From positions 28,212,001-28,276,000 of the forward strand of contig CM119372.1 of assembly GCA_051294905.1 (NCBI GenBank): 64,000 nucleotides of DNA, written 5' to 3'. The DNA is from Botryllus schlosseri (Eukaryota). Position 1 is the stretch's first letter. Every line of letters starts with the position of its first letter. The position numbers and the translations under genes are program-made. The notes beneath the pieces were generated by a model. That model was not told the origin of the DNA and made no database searches. It saw nothing but the letters and a program-made list of their open reading frames with translations. Shown one piece after another: positions 11,773-24,841 of this stretch.

Positions 11773-14700
11773 ATGTTGTCCAATAGAACAATTTCGCAGT
11801 TATCTTCGCGGGGAATTGTGAAAACTGCCGCTAGGTCATTGTCGAAGAGCACGCCGACTCCTGCAAAACTAGATGGAAAAGTTGCAATCGTTACTGCCTC
11901 GACAGAAGGGTCAGGAGTTACTCAAAATCTCCGCAACATCATGTGAATAAAATTTCTTTTGTGCAGGATAGGATTTGCCATAGCGAAGAGGTTGGGTCAA
12001 GATGGAGCTAAAGTAGTAATCAGTAGCCGCAAACAGAAAAATGTTGATAAAGCTCTGGACGAATTAAAGAAAGAGAATTTAACGGTGTGCGGTACTGTGT
12101 GTCATGTCGGCAAATCGGATCACAGGAAGGCACTGTTGGAAAAAGTGAGATACATTTTTTGATATATTGTTACTAAAAATTTTCATGCAATCGCAGTTTG
12201 TTCGACAATATACTTCCCATAGTTCCAGTATGCAATTGGTGTCTGTGGCACCTGGAACTCACTATCATGTGGACTTCTTTTGAATCGTGCGCTAAAAAGC
12301 TGACTAAGTAAATGTCGTCGAATGCATTGATTTCAGCATGCATTGATTGTCGACTATGGCTATTGCGTGCCGTTACGTAGCGTTATCAAACTAGCGCATC
12401 GCAAATGCCAGTTTTCTCATTCGCCTTTAGTTGATATTGTTTTGTCGTTATGATGGAACTGGGTTGACTTCTATCCATTGAAAAATCATCACTTTTGCCT
12501 GACAAATGTTGAGCAGATGATTTAATGAAGCCAATTTCACATACTAAAATACCAATTGTCATACAGTTTCTAGGGTTACCCGACGTATGAGCATGCGACA
12601 CAATGAAAAACGACAGATCAGCATGTTTCACTTTAGCACCACTTTGGCATGTGGTTTCGCAACCCCAAATCTTACCCTAGCCCGCACCCTAATCCCGAAA
12701 TCAACATTTATATATATCCTAACCCCAAACCTAGCCCAATCCTCAATCTAAACCATTCCCGACCCTATCCACATATTTTACCCACACGCTCAAATGTTGC
12801 ATGCCCAATTGTCGCATGCTAAAGTGTCGCATGCTATTATGTCCACGGACCAGTTTCTAGTTCCTAGTCACACCGCAAATTGGCTCTGTCGGCCGGGGGA
12901 AAATCCTGTCACCCTCAATTGTGTATGATGTCTTTTAGGAGAGCAATCCCTGTCTAACTATCTTAATTTGACCTGACCTTAAATATGGATGTGTATAAGA
13001 GTTGAGTAAATGCAACATCAATACGTTAGCTTGCTTGCTTATGTATTTCAGGGTGTTTTTGAGTGTGGCACGTGTAACTAGATATTGATAGATGATGTTT
13101 TTTCAAGATCATTTATCAGATACCCTAAGCTAGGATAAAGTCGATTGCAGTGACCTGTTTTGCTTCATGTCAACATATTGGAATAGGCATTGCTACATTC
13201 CTTGCAATTTTATTGGGCAGGAGTGAAATTATAGAGATTCCTAAGTATCTCACTATATTGTAGCCGAGCAAACGCTACTATAGTGATATGATTATAATTA
13301 TAAATCATGCCCTACATATGACGCTATGTCATGCGTGATTTTGTATTGGTGACTTCATATCAAATCTAAGCAATAATAAAACAGCACAAAATGTAACTTA
13401 ATTAAGGTGTTAGTTTTAGTGTAAGTGTGTGCATGTAAGTGCCAGATTGTAGTTGAATTTGATCGCTGTGATTCCATCCCAGATTGGAGAATGTGATCCC
13501 ATTTGGTGCGTTCTGGTCAGAATAGGCTTCCGGCGGTATGTATTGGTTCATTTGAAACAGGTTTGTAACCAAATCACAATGTTACGAGTCACAAGTCAAT
13601 TTGACTTTTACAGTTTTGACTCGAGTGAAGTCGAGTTATTTTCAACTCACTACTGAGTCCTAGTCAAGGAGCAACCGGTCGAGTCCAAGTCATAGTTTTT
13701 ACTGTTTGGTATCGAGTTCAAATCATGGTTTAACTCACTCAGACTGGAAAACTCCTGGGTGGATTTGAAGGGGTCGGATTCATAATATAGCTTTTTATAG
13801 CGTTTTTCTCACTCTAAACATGTTTATTCAAACAGATAAAAGACAGTTTCTTGGCCTATTTTTCAATTATATCAGTCCTGATAATATGAAACTGGAGTAA
13901 GTCATATAGAATTTGTCTAATCATTTAACTTGTCCGAATCAAGCGCAATGACTTGAGTAGCCTACAAGTCGAGTCAATACACAAATTGACTCGTGTCGAG
14001 GCATTTATCATTTTTAGGAAAATGACTCGAGTCAAGTCAATAAAAAATTGTCACTCGAGTCATTGTAACCCTGATTTGTAAGACTCAATGCTTGTGACTT
14101 TGATTCTGAACTATATGGTCGTTACGCAATGATACCAGTTTTTCTTGAATTCACAATATCCTGAATATTGGAACACTTGACCGCTGATAGGCAGGCCGTG
14201 TTATTTTTGGCATTTCAGGAGCCAGATGCCAAAACTGCCAAAAATAAAAATTTGAAAATGCCAAAAATAGGCAATTTATGGCATATGCCAAAAATAACAC
14301 GGCCTGCCAAATAGTGTATTTCGTTCATGGTGTTGTGTTAACAGGACCGCGTTACAAGCGAGAAGAGCGTGTGTGAAAGGCAGGTTTCTTAATCTGGGTC
14401 CAGCCCACCCATTAGGGGTGAAAGCATGGTGTCCTAAATGGTGTGAGCACAGCGTGATTGAACGGCTGACTGCATTTGGTTTACGTCATACTTTCCATTT
14501 GTCCAAAGGCAATTTTACGACCATTTTGGACCGGCTTGTCGAGCACTAAATTTGATAAAACGGGTATCAATGAGAAGCTGCCGCAGTACTGATTATTAAA
14601 ATATAAATTATATTCTGCTCATGGAGCTGGAACCCCCAAAATCAACCACGATTTTTGCATTGTGATCGAGTTGAACATTGTGACGCAACAAACTGTCTGG

Positions 14701-17700
14701 CTATTTCTGAGCTGCATGGTCTCGTTTTGCCAGACAGTCTTGTTGCGTCAATGTTCTTAAACAAGCTAACCTTCCCCGGACTCTTCCATGCGAGTTGGTA
14801 ATATTAAAGCCACCTGAAATGACAAAAGTCCTCCGAATATATATCGGTAGACTGAAGGAGAAATGATAGTCGGGCTACTAAATAGAATGTGTTGAGAGAC
14901 AACACAGGAAACTCCTGAAAAGGATCGGGAAGAAAATTCCTTCCGCGATGAGATCGATGGCACTGGCGAAGTGATCTCTTTTCATGATGCATGGAATCCG
15001 GTTCGGCTCTCCAAAGATTTTGAAGCTCTTAAAACCTTTTGTGGATGACTGGCAACATTCTTTCCCTCAACGGCTACTGTTGAAGCCGATATTTCTCAGA
15101 TTCGGTGGGCGAGATATGAATTTAGGAGAAACTTAGCTGACCTGAGCTTGGCAGCACTGTTAACAGTGCAAACGATTTAAGTCTATTCAACAGCTGTAAC
15201 AATCAGCTGTTGAGCGTGTTTGTTAGGCTTTTCTTTTTTTTTTTGCTTATTGGCACCGAGTCCGATGGATACTGCACATTTTGTGGTTTCGTTTGATATT
15301 ATTAACCTATGAAATCGTTAGGTTTTTTCTTCTTCTTATTGTTTGTTGGCACTGATTATACGTGGATGCTGCACATTTTGTGGTGTCTTTTGATAAACTA
15401 GCCCAAATAAAGTGTTTTTGTGACTAATTCGTGGCTGAAACTATCTATTTAGAGGACGATGCCAAAACTGCCAAAAATAAAAATCGAAAAATGCCAAAAA
15501 TAACTTATTTTTGGCAGTTTTGGCATATGCCAAAAATAACACGGCCTGCATAGGCCTATTGACGTCGAAAATCTGGCTATAAATCTTCAACCCTTCATTT
15601 CACAGGCTGTTGCCGAATACGGTGGAATCGACATACTGGTATCCAATGCTGCCGTTAATCCGTTTTTTGGGACACTGTCCGCTGTATGTAATGTTTTCTC
15701 TTTTGATGGAATGCATTTTCTACTTGTATTCCAATGTCTCGTTTTAGACTCCGGAAGCGTCCTTTGATAAAATAATGGAAATCAATGTGAAAGCGGCTTT
15801 TATGTTAGTGAAGGAAACTGTTCCATACATGGAAGAGAGAGGGTAATGTATGAATTCTGTATTCTATATCAGGCCTGTGCAACCTTGCCCAGCCCTAGTG
15901 ATGATACATAACACAGAGTACCGTAATTTTCCATGTATAATGCGCAAAATTTTACCGATTTTTTGCCCTAAAATGGGGGGGTGCGTATTATACATGGGTA
16001 CAGCAAGCCTTGAAAAAAATCTCCCTCGATCAAAAACTTGAAATCACACCTTTCGTCATGTTTGTTTCCAATCGTGCATCACCTCTAGCCATCGTATCCC
16101 TTAATTCGTATTATAGAGTAGGCCTATAACGCGCTGCCAAATAGAGAAGCGTGTTGCCAATTAACGAAAAGCGTGTTGCACAGCACGCGATCTCCTGCTG
16201 AGTTAGTTTGCTGTTTGTACGCGAGCGAAATTAGGTCGCTGATTGCTACAAGCATGCGCGGCAATCCTTGCTGATTCATCGCGTCAACGACAGGCCTTAC
16301 CGTTACCAATCGCATGATACACAAGAGGCCATGTGCGCAAGATATAATCGCTTGCGTAATCAGTCGCATCTCCAACAGGACTGGTGCGCCCGACATAACC
16401 GTTGGCTTGAGCAATCGCATCTGTAATTGTAATAGGCCTCGTGCGCAAGATGTCTGGTGTCGCTTGCCTGAACTATCGCGTCGCCGACATCGCAGGCTTT
16501 GGCTACTATCTACTCTCGCTTAGTGACAATGCCATTAATTGTATTATGATTAGCGATCGTTATGTCATCATTGTTCGACAGTGACATTGCAAAACAGAAC
16601 AACATCGTGTACTAAAACACAACTATTCATGTACTGTACTACGAATGCAAGGTGCGTACTAAAGATGGGTACAGGCTTTTTCCCAGAATTTACACGCCAT
16701 TTTAAGGGTGCGTATTATACATGGGGGCGCACTATATTCGGAAAATTACGGTATGCTGCACATCTGTTTTTGTCTTGGTTGCTGCCCAAATCTATCTTTT
16801 TGGGTTTAATACAAACATTAGGACTGTTAAAATGTAACTTTGTAAACAAATTACTGGCTCCCTGATAAAATTGTTGTGTTGCATAATAAACGCTGCACAT
16901 TCAATCTGGCTCGATTCCAGCCTGTAGAAGCATTGCTACGAGATCATAAAACTTTGGATTTATAGAGGAAAAATGAAAAATTCTCAAATTTTCCAGCACA
17001 TGAAATTAACTTTACGGTTACCTCATTAACAGCCCTAATGTAGTTTGCATATGCGTATACGAATAGTTGAAGTATGCTGGTAACGGGATAAGTTATCTTG
17101 CTTTCACAGCCAAGGATCGATATTGTTTGTATCTTCGATTGGTGGGCTGATTCCATTCCCGATGCTTGGAGCATATTCAATAAGCAAGACTGCTTTACTT
17201 GGTAAGATTGGTTTTCGTTAAATTAGTGAAAACCACAACAGACACACATAACGGCAGAAAAAAGTTAATTTTTTGAATATTTTCAAGTACACTGAAGGAA
17301 ATAATAACGTCAAACAACTTTAATTTGACGGATCAAATGCTGGGTTGTAACAAGGCTCCGAGTCAGGAGTCAATCTCACTTTTATGGTTTTGACTCTAGT
17401 GAATTCGAGTCATTTTCAATCCATCACCGAGCCCAGTCCAAGTCAGAGAGTCAAGTCAGAGTCATGGCATTATGACTCGAGTCCGAGTCCAAGTCATTGT
17501 GTTGACTGCTTAGTTTCCAGTTAAACTTTTGTTGAACTCACTTTTTATAACTCTGTCTGGTGATACTAACTATCCTCACTTCAGCCGTTTGTGGTCGCAT
17601 TTTCAAGTACAAGTACCAATAGACGAAATCCCAATAGTGTGGCTACTTAACTATTCATCGAAATTACAATGAAATATCGGTCCTGGCGGTGTGAGTGTCG

Positions 17701-20700
17701 AGTCATATGACTTGGTTCGATTCATACGCAATCACTCGAGCCCAAGTCGAGTCAATACACTGATTGACTCGTATCGAGTCAGTTCCGTGTTTTGAGAAAA
17801 TGACTTGCATCAAGGCGAGTCATTAAAAAATCGTGACTCGAGTCATTACAAGCCTGATGAAATGTAAAATACGTCATACACGAGTCGATTCAACTCCTGA
17901 ACCTAAATACACTTGCATTCTCAATTCCCAAAAGCCGCTTCTTCTTTGTCATTTGGATGTTTCGGAAGCAAGAATTGCCAGTAATCCGCATTATAGTTTG
18001 ATTTTCGATATGTTGCGCCCGGCGCCTTCCTACCTAAATTACCCATTTCCCTGGACTTGTGACTAGCACTGAAATGAATTATGCTCGCTAGTTGTTGGGT
18101 TTTTGTTTGACGTTGGCGATTTGGTATGAACCCAGGCATGTGAATTGCAAAACCAATACACTAACTACCGAACTACGTTGGTTATCCCAAGTCTTGCACT
18201 AAAACTGGCTCAAGCTAATACAACTCGAGGAAAAGCCCAAATTTAATCAAGCAACAATCTTCATATCGTGTTACTGAATTTACTCTCAAGTTTAGGCATA
18301 GCTTTGTGTCAGCAACTGTACCGCATCAATTTCATTCCAATGAAAATCTTTTTGTTGTGCACATAATTTTTGCGTTTGCTCATTTCAGTCTGTGCTTGTG
18401 AAGTAATTTCGATCCGATATGAAATCAGGCCAGGTTTTTTTATCTTCTAGTTGACACTTGTCGAGCTTGAACCGGACCAGGAATTTCTTTAATTTGTTTT
18501 TTTAAACTGTCTTTGCGTGTAAATTGTTGTAGAATCTTAAACAAATTGTTTCGCGCAAAAATCAGGCTAAAAATTCAACTGCAATATTCAGGCTATGACT
18601 AATCAGCATAATTCCCTCTTGCTTGTATTGTTTCCAACAGATGGGTGCCAAATTCTTTTTCTGCTCGACCCACATCAGCATAATAGCGATTTTGCATTCC
18701 TGGCTGCCTGAGAACTCAATTGTGGACGATAGGTCTATGCACTGTCTGAAGCAGTGGTTCTCAACCGCCGTTCCGTGGCAAGTTTTCTGCCAGTCCTCCA
18801 AATTTTATAGATTTTTCTGTCTTAATTCTAAAGTGAGAGAAGTATGTTTGTTGATTAAGTAGAGAAATAAAACATCCATTTTCAAATCGCAACATATTGT
18901 TCTGCATCATGCCATAATAGAGAGTTCATTGTCTGCTTTCTTTGGACATACGTCACAATGGTGCATGTGTTGTGTGAATCTGTGTAAAAGTAACAACTCG
19001 TTTCGGGCATTTTCTGCGGAGACCTTTAAACAAACTTTCCGACAGTGCTATTAAGCGACACTTAGCCGTATAATAGAGGCTATTGTAAACAGCAAACTCG
19101 CATTTCCTTGCAATGATACAGAATAATCACTCTCAGTCTACTGCTGGTCTATGCAGGGTTGTAAACAAGTCACAAGGTTTCGAGTCACAAGTCAATCTCA
19201 CTTACATAATTTTGAGTCATTTTCAACTCGCCACCGAGTCGAGTCTGAGTCCCAAGTCATTGTGTTCACGGTTCAATTTTGAGTTCATTCCCGTTCAACC
19301 CACTTTTTTCAACTCTGCCCGAGTGATATAGAATGGCTCGCATTCATATTACCGTAATTTTCCCCATTCCCAACAGTTTCTGGCCTTATTTTCCAAGAAT
19401 CAGGACTGATAAACGAAATACCAATAATGTGGTTATGTTACTATTCTTTGAAGTTACAATGAAATGTCTGTCTTGAGCGTCCTAGTCTCGAGTCATATGA
19501 CTTGGTTCGAGTCATGCACAATGACTCGAATACAAGTCGAGTCAATACACAAATTGACTCGAGTCAAGTCGAGTCATGACTCGAGTCATTACAACCCTGC
19601 AACTATGCGACATTTGGCAGTATAATGGAGACTATAGTATTATAGTAAACAGCAAATTCGTATTTCTCTCCAACAATACTGAATAATCACTATCAAGTTA
19701 GTGCTGGGCTGGTCTATAGCATGATGTTGCGAGCTTCTAAACTTCATTAGGACCACTTGCAAATGTCTTGCATCAAAAAGACTGCATTAAATAAAATTTC
19801 CAATATTACATTGAGTTGCATTGTAGCTAAAATATTCACCGGTCCCGAGGTCAACAAGGTTGAGAATCACTGGTCTAAAGGATATTGACATTACGCTTTC
19901 AGCCTCTTATCTCAAAATTCGACCATGTCCATGCTGCTAAAAATTGTCTTTAATGGTTCGAAAATACTTTTGATTTCACACAATTAAAATGTATGTGATC
20001 GGTATCTAGGTAAAGATGCAAAAGTGCTACAAGGTGATGCTATGTGAGTGAGCAGAGAAAGCTTAAACCGTGGTCTGGTACTCCGTCATATTTTCGAGCC
20101 GGACGTTGTGAAGTGATGATGTTGTTTAAATATATTTTCCTCCCCCAAATACTCATCCTGGCTATTCCCAAAGGTACTGGTGCTTTCTTATGATTATTTC
20201 TTTCATGTTCTCAAGGTATGACCAAGGCATTCTCCGTGGAATTGGCGCCGTCTAATATCCGAGTGAACTGTCTAGCGCCTGGAATTATCAAGACCAAGTT
20301 CAGCGGCGCAGTAAGAGCTGAATCTTTTTATGTCGTCATTTTCTAATGCCTGATGCTGCTTTGTTTCAGCTGTGGGCCAATGAAGAACAGAGGCAACTCG
20401 CAGAGTCAACAAATCCAATGAACAGGTGGGGCTCGTTATTCTATTTAAATATGAAACCCCATTTTTTTCCCCAATTTCCAAGTCTCTGTAAATGTATTCG
20501 TAATCTGGGCCCAACCGATTCGAGTCGTGTAGTGAAAATCTATTTTCATCTGAATTAAGTAGAGAAACGGCTTTGTCCAAATTAATCGAAAAATCAATTA
20601 TGTTACAATGGTCATGCATAAAGGCAGACAGCGCATTGAAAATGCTGTTACGTTTCGTATTTAATGAATTGCTGCTGCGCTGTATTGCAGTAATTGGCAC

Positions 20701-22780
20701 CGATCGCATAAAACTCGCAAGAGGTATAGCTTCAGGTTAGTTGTATTGTACAGTACCGTACTGTATTTCGATTACAAACTTTCAAAAATTACCATATACT
20801 ATTTAGTATAGCCTATTATTGTGTCAAACACACATATTGGGTTAGAGTAGGTCGGTAATTCTTCAAGGGCTGAAAGACTATTTTCTCACGATAAACGTAC
20901 TCCACAAAACAAAAAACCGTTTAGGCAGAAAACTAATCTGTACCATTGTGTTTTGCAAGAAGGATGCAATTTTACCGAAGTAAGAGCCATGGCTTTCTAT
21001 GAGCTCATTGTCGATTGTTAATGGGTTGATCGACTTTGTTTCACCATAATCATGTTATTCGACCGAAGTACTGTTTGTTGCAGGGGTCTCAAACTGAAAT
21101 GTGCTCGTGGGCTAATTTCCTAGGTTTTGTTGACGTCGCGGGCCGCAGCATCATTAATAGGGGTACTTAATGTATTTCCAAGTAGGCCCCATTTGACGGC
21201 ACCTTGTAGACTGGTATTTCACACACACCGTGAAAATGTGATGTGCTATCGTATTATTCAAGCCTGGCGCGAAAAGAATCACATTTTTAAATATTCGAAT
21301 AAAAGTGTTGTTGTACTTGGCATTTGTCAGAATAATAAGATATAGACACAATGCAAGGGTACGAATGCATCATGACATCGTAAAAGCTGTCGCGTGACAT
21401 TTTTGCAGCTAGTGGACATTTGACTTGCCACAATTGTAGGTAGAATATTTTAGAATTTAACAAGGGTTGATCTGATGTCAGTGCATTAGAACAACGTAAC
21501 CCAACCCAGGTTTCGGGCATGCTCTTGATAAGTAGGCTATTGATCACGTCATTGCCAAAGTCAAATTAAATCAGCGTTAGATTAACCTTCGAATATTGGA
21601 ACAGATAAATAACAACATGAATATAAAATTAGTGTGTCATAGTAAAGAAATGTCTGACGCCTAATAATCCATTGGTGTTACCGCAAGAGTACCACTTTGT
21701 CAATCGCCACATTAAATGGCGATAATAACATGGATAGAGACACGCAAGATGTAACTAACTATTCATCAAGGAGCCAACAGAATGTCCTTGGTTGCCACGC
21801 CGACCTGGTTAGATAGCGAAATTGGCTACGCTACACGCAACGCTTGTGTGGGCCTTTTGATATATTACTATACCTCATGATAGTTTGTTGCGTTCATGGC
21901 TTTACCAACTCACGGCGTTCCAAGTCACAAGTCCTTCTCTGATATAACGTTTGAATCGACTCAACTCGAGTCAGTTTTTTTATCAGCCAGTCTGTATGAG
22001 TTCGGGTAATTTTACGAAACATCGGGCATAAGTCGTAATCACGTCACGAATCATCAGTGGGTCATGTTTTATCATCGTGAACAAGTAATGTGACGTAATA
22101 GCAGATCTTCAACCGCATGGTAGTTTTTAAAAAGTGTTGCGATATTGAAATTTGGTGAGTAATTCAAGGTTTTTTGGACCACTTTTGGAGTGAATTTCAA
22201 GTTCTCAAATCTAAAAGAGATATGTTGCAGTTAAATACTGTTGAATACTTGAAAATCCAAAATGCCCATGCGGCCCGTGCAAAGTGTTCTCCAGGGCCAT
22301 GTGTTTGAGACCCCTGGTTTATTGTGGCATAGCCTAATGATAACAATTGCGAGCCTGTGTCCGAATTAAGTGAAGAATTTTTCGAATCCAAGCATTTTGG
22401 CCGAATATAGAGTTTGTCCAGGTTATCCAGTGTTTGAATTAAGCGAGGTCGACTGTAGAACTCTTCATGCCAAGTATTAATATTTTAACAACTGGTTTAG
22501 TGGCTCTGTAGGCTGAGCTCCCTTTTACAATCATATGAAGTGAGTTTCGGTATCATTATATATTATGATGTGATGAAAGTTCATGAACAAATGGTATATT
22601 CAAATTGGTAGAAACGTTCTTTGTCAGCGCTGCCATTCTGAATATGCCAAATTGCACTTTTCCAGGCTAGGAGAACCAGATGAGTGTGCCGGTAGTGCTT
22701 CCTTCCTGTCCTCCGATGACGCATCCTTCATCACAGGAGAGACCTTTGTTATAGCCGGTGGTGCTACATCAAGACTTTAA
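11773..22780 (+). CDS. DHRS4: Dehydrogenase/reductase SDR family member 4-like, 8 coding exons, ~281 aa
   Basis: Exons 11773-11909, 11967-12144, 15606-15683, 15748-15842, 17110-17201, 20216-20310, 20370-20425, 22666-22780 join in frame (846 nt). Motifs [29 protein letters not shown], catalytic [22 protein letters not shown]-terminal SRL (PTS1). Confidence 0.95.
12574..12851. mobile_element. Small MULE-like MITE with degenerate telomere-like (CCTAAC/CCTAGC) core
   Basis: Exact 9-bp TSD AGTTTCTAG at 12565-12573 and 12852-12860; imperfect termini GGTTACCCGAC / GTCCACGGACC; subterminal GCATGCGACA / TGTCGCATGC inverted motifs. Confidence 0.65.
13558..14073. mobile_element. hAT-type MITE with GAGTC/GACTC repeats (copy 1)
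   Basis: Termini CAGGTTTGTAA / TTGTAACCCTG; TSD ATTTGAAA/ATTTGTAA (1 mismatch); homologous copies at 17340-17856 and 19154-19599. Confidence 0.75.
14192..15548 (+). mobile_element. Deleted hAT element with decayed transposase C-terminus; right end present twice
   Basis: 22-bp TIR CAGGCCGTGTTATTTTTGGCAT at 14192, with reverse complements ending at 14306 and 15548; ~14765-15180 translates, with stops and frameshifts, to [14 protein letters not shown]...SFHDAW...[26 protein letters not shown] (hAT dimerization-like). No convincing TSD. Confidence 0.7.
15921..16751. mobile_element. Tc2/pogo-like (Tc1/mariner superfamily) MITE
   Basis: TIR CCGTAATTTTCC / GGAAAATTACGG flanked by TA on both sides; repeated subterminal motif GGGTGCGTATTATACATGGG. 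Confidence 0.75.
17340..17856. mobile_element. hAT-type MITE with GAGTC repeats (copy 2)
   Basis: Termini CTGGGTTGTAA / TTACAAGCCTG; TSD ATCAAATG/ATGAAATG; homologous to 13558-14073. Confidence 0.75.
18752..19872. mobile_element. hAT-type non-autonomous element containing a nested GAGTC MITE (19154-19599)
   Basis: TIR CAGTGGTTCTCAACC / GGTTGAGAATCACTG; TSD GTCTGAAG/GTCTAAAG; nested element has termini CAGGGTTGTAA / TTACAACCCTG. Confidence 0.78.
21081..22316. mobile_element. hAT-type non-autonomous element (copy 1)
   Basis: TIR CAGGGGTCTCAAAC / GTTTGAGACCCCTG; TSD GTTTGTTG/GTTTATTG; inverted homologue at 35384-36922. Confidence 0.82.
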
Positions 22781-24841
22781 TTTTGATGCTACCAGACTGT
22801 GCTAAATGCAATCTGTAAAATTTTGTTCCACTGTTGCTATTTGAAATCACCCTTCTTATGCCTTTTACATTCTGACCTACGGAGTGAAGGTATGGTAACA
22901 TGTCTTCTGATTATTCCAGGATTAAAAGTATTCAGCATTGATACTTAATTGCAAGTACAAGTAGCCATTTCCAAGACATGCCAAAAGTAATCAAGAATTT
23001 TTAGAAAGTAGATTTGGTCCATAGATCGCATGCATTTAGCAGTTCATCGGAGGTGACTAATTTCGGAATTGCAAGATCTGACTTCAAGACCAACGTAAAA
23101 TAACTGATGACACTACAAATAGGTGCAGTTTTTGGAAATTTACAATTGAACACATCAGTGATGCACTTCAAAGCTACTTTAAGATTGACTAAATCCAAAA
23201 CCCCCAAAGTTAGTAGTTTTGACAAAAAACAATTCGAGTGGAAACAATAACGATCCTAAAACGTAACCGCTTGAGTAAGTAGACTATGCCGACTTGAGCA
23301 CTCCAAAAATATGCGCCGAAGTACTTCTTTACTGAGCACGTTTTTCGGGATGACATTTTCCTGTAGATCCATTGCCTGCGACTTTAATTCGGCAAACATC
23401 TGTTGGATAATCCGATTTGTGCGAATAATTATCGAGACGACCGATTTCGAATCGTAGGGCGAGGTCGCTCACAATTCCATTTGTGTGCCTTGGAATCAAC
23501 TTTTATCAAAATACACCAACCAAAACTCTGTCAACAAAAGGAGTTCGTGTACCACCTAAAAATAGTACATTGAACGCTCTCTCTTTCATGCTGGTGACGT
23601 CATATTTTGTGATACGATTGTTGATATACAATGTTCTTTCCAATTCTCTACTAGTTGCTGACGATTACCCCTGACGAGTGTCAGCCGAAAAATATTCGGG
23701 TTCATTTCAATATGAATATACTGTTTATTTGACTTTAATTCTGTATAGACCTTGTTTGAGAGAGAATATAACATCAGTTTAATAATATTTCTTGATGTGA
23801 TGTAATGTGTTTTTCTACTGATTTCAATAACAATATCATCACATGATATTCTGGCTTTAGCATTTCTGGTTTGTGGTTAAATTTGTATAGTCCAGGGACC
23901 ATGTGTACACGACTAGTGCTCTGACGCCATAGGTGTCGAACTCAATTCGCTTCGCAGGCCGGATTCGAGCCTTTCGATCGCTCACGGGCCATAGCAGTCA
24001 TGTTGTACCAAATTAGTAGTTCCGAATCCATACCTTTATTCAGTGGGATGCTTGATTAGCGAGCATTTTATACTTGATGTATTGTATTACAGATCGTTGT
24101 GGCTCTATTCTAGCAACGCATATATTCGTAAAAACATGGTTGGATATAAAATAGATAGATGGATCCATTCATTGGTCACACCAGTGCAAATATGGTACGT
24201 ACAAGGAATGCGACGAGGAACCGCAAGGCCTTAGTTTGGCATTGTGACGCGACAATGTGGCCTGGCAGCTCAGGAGCAAGTGCTGCGCACGAGAGAGAGT
24301 GAATGCTCAATCGGTTGCGCAACAATGGCCAATACGCTTGCGGTTTGCGCAGCTTCTCACTTGCTCCCCGACGGCATGGTTGCGTCACAATACCAAACTC
24401 CGTTACAATGCAATATTCGAGGCTGATTTTGGGGGGTTCTAATTTATATTTTCGCAATCAGTACCACGGTAGCTTTCGACTGATACCCATTTTATCAAAT
24501 TCAATGCTCGGCAAGCCGGTCAAAAATTACCGTCAGGCGTTCGTAAATTAATGAACTGCTCATGCTCATATTCTGCAAAAAGGTTGCTTGGTTCATTGCT
24601 TTCAAATTGATTAACTACCCATCTAAAGAAGTTGTTAACCGGAAAGTCATATTGCAGATTGCAAGTTGAAGTCCAGACAATGTGCTCATGATTTGTGGGA
24701 CGAATTTCTGTTTAAGAGTTGATTCATTAAGAGCGCGAAACGAATCAAAGACTTTTAGAGACATCAGCCCAATTATATAACTTGTCCATTACCTTACTCT
24801 CATCGACAATCTCATGATTGGTTTCATGGCCATATGGGCAC

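Noticed and set aside
20272..20709. 145-aa minus-strand ORF (likewise 43052-43513 and 51171-51452)
   Set aside because: Antisense shadows of DHRS4, PSAT1 or transposon coding sequence, with no recognisable motifs.
24530..24833. Possible small minus-strand exons (…CPYGHETNHEIVDE / IRPTNHEHIVWTSTCNLQYDFPVNNFFRW / NMSMSSSLIYERLT) cut by the 24842 and 26623 insertions
   Set aside because: Splice-like signals exist, but one intron would be only 46 nt, no protein family is recognisable and no start or end could be linked; it needs RNA-seq or homology.
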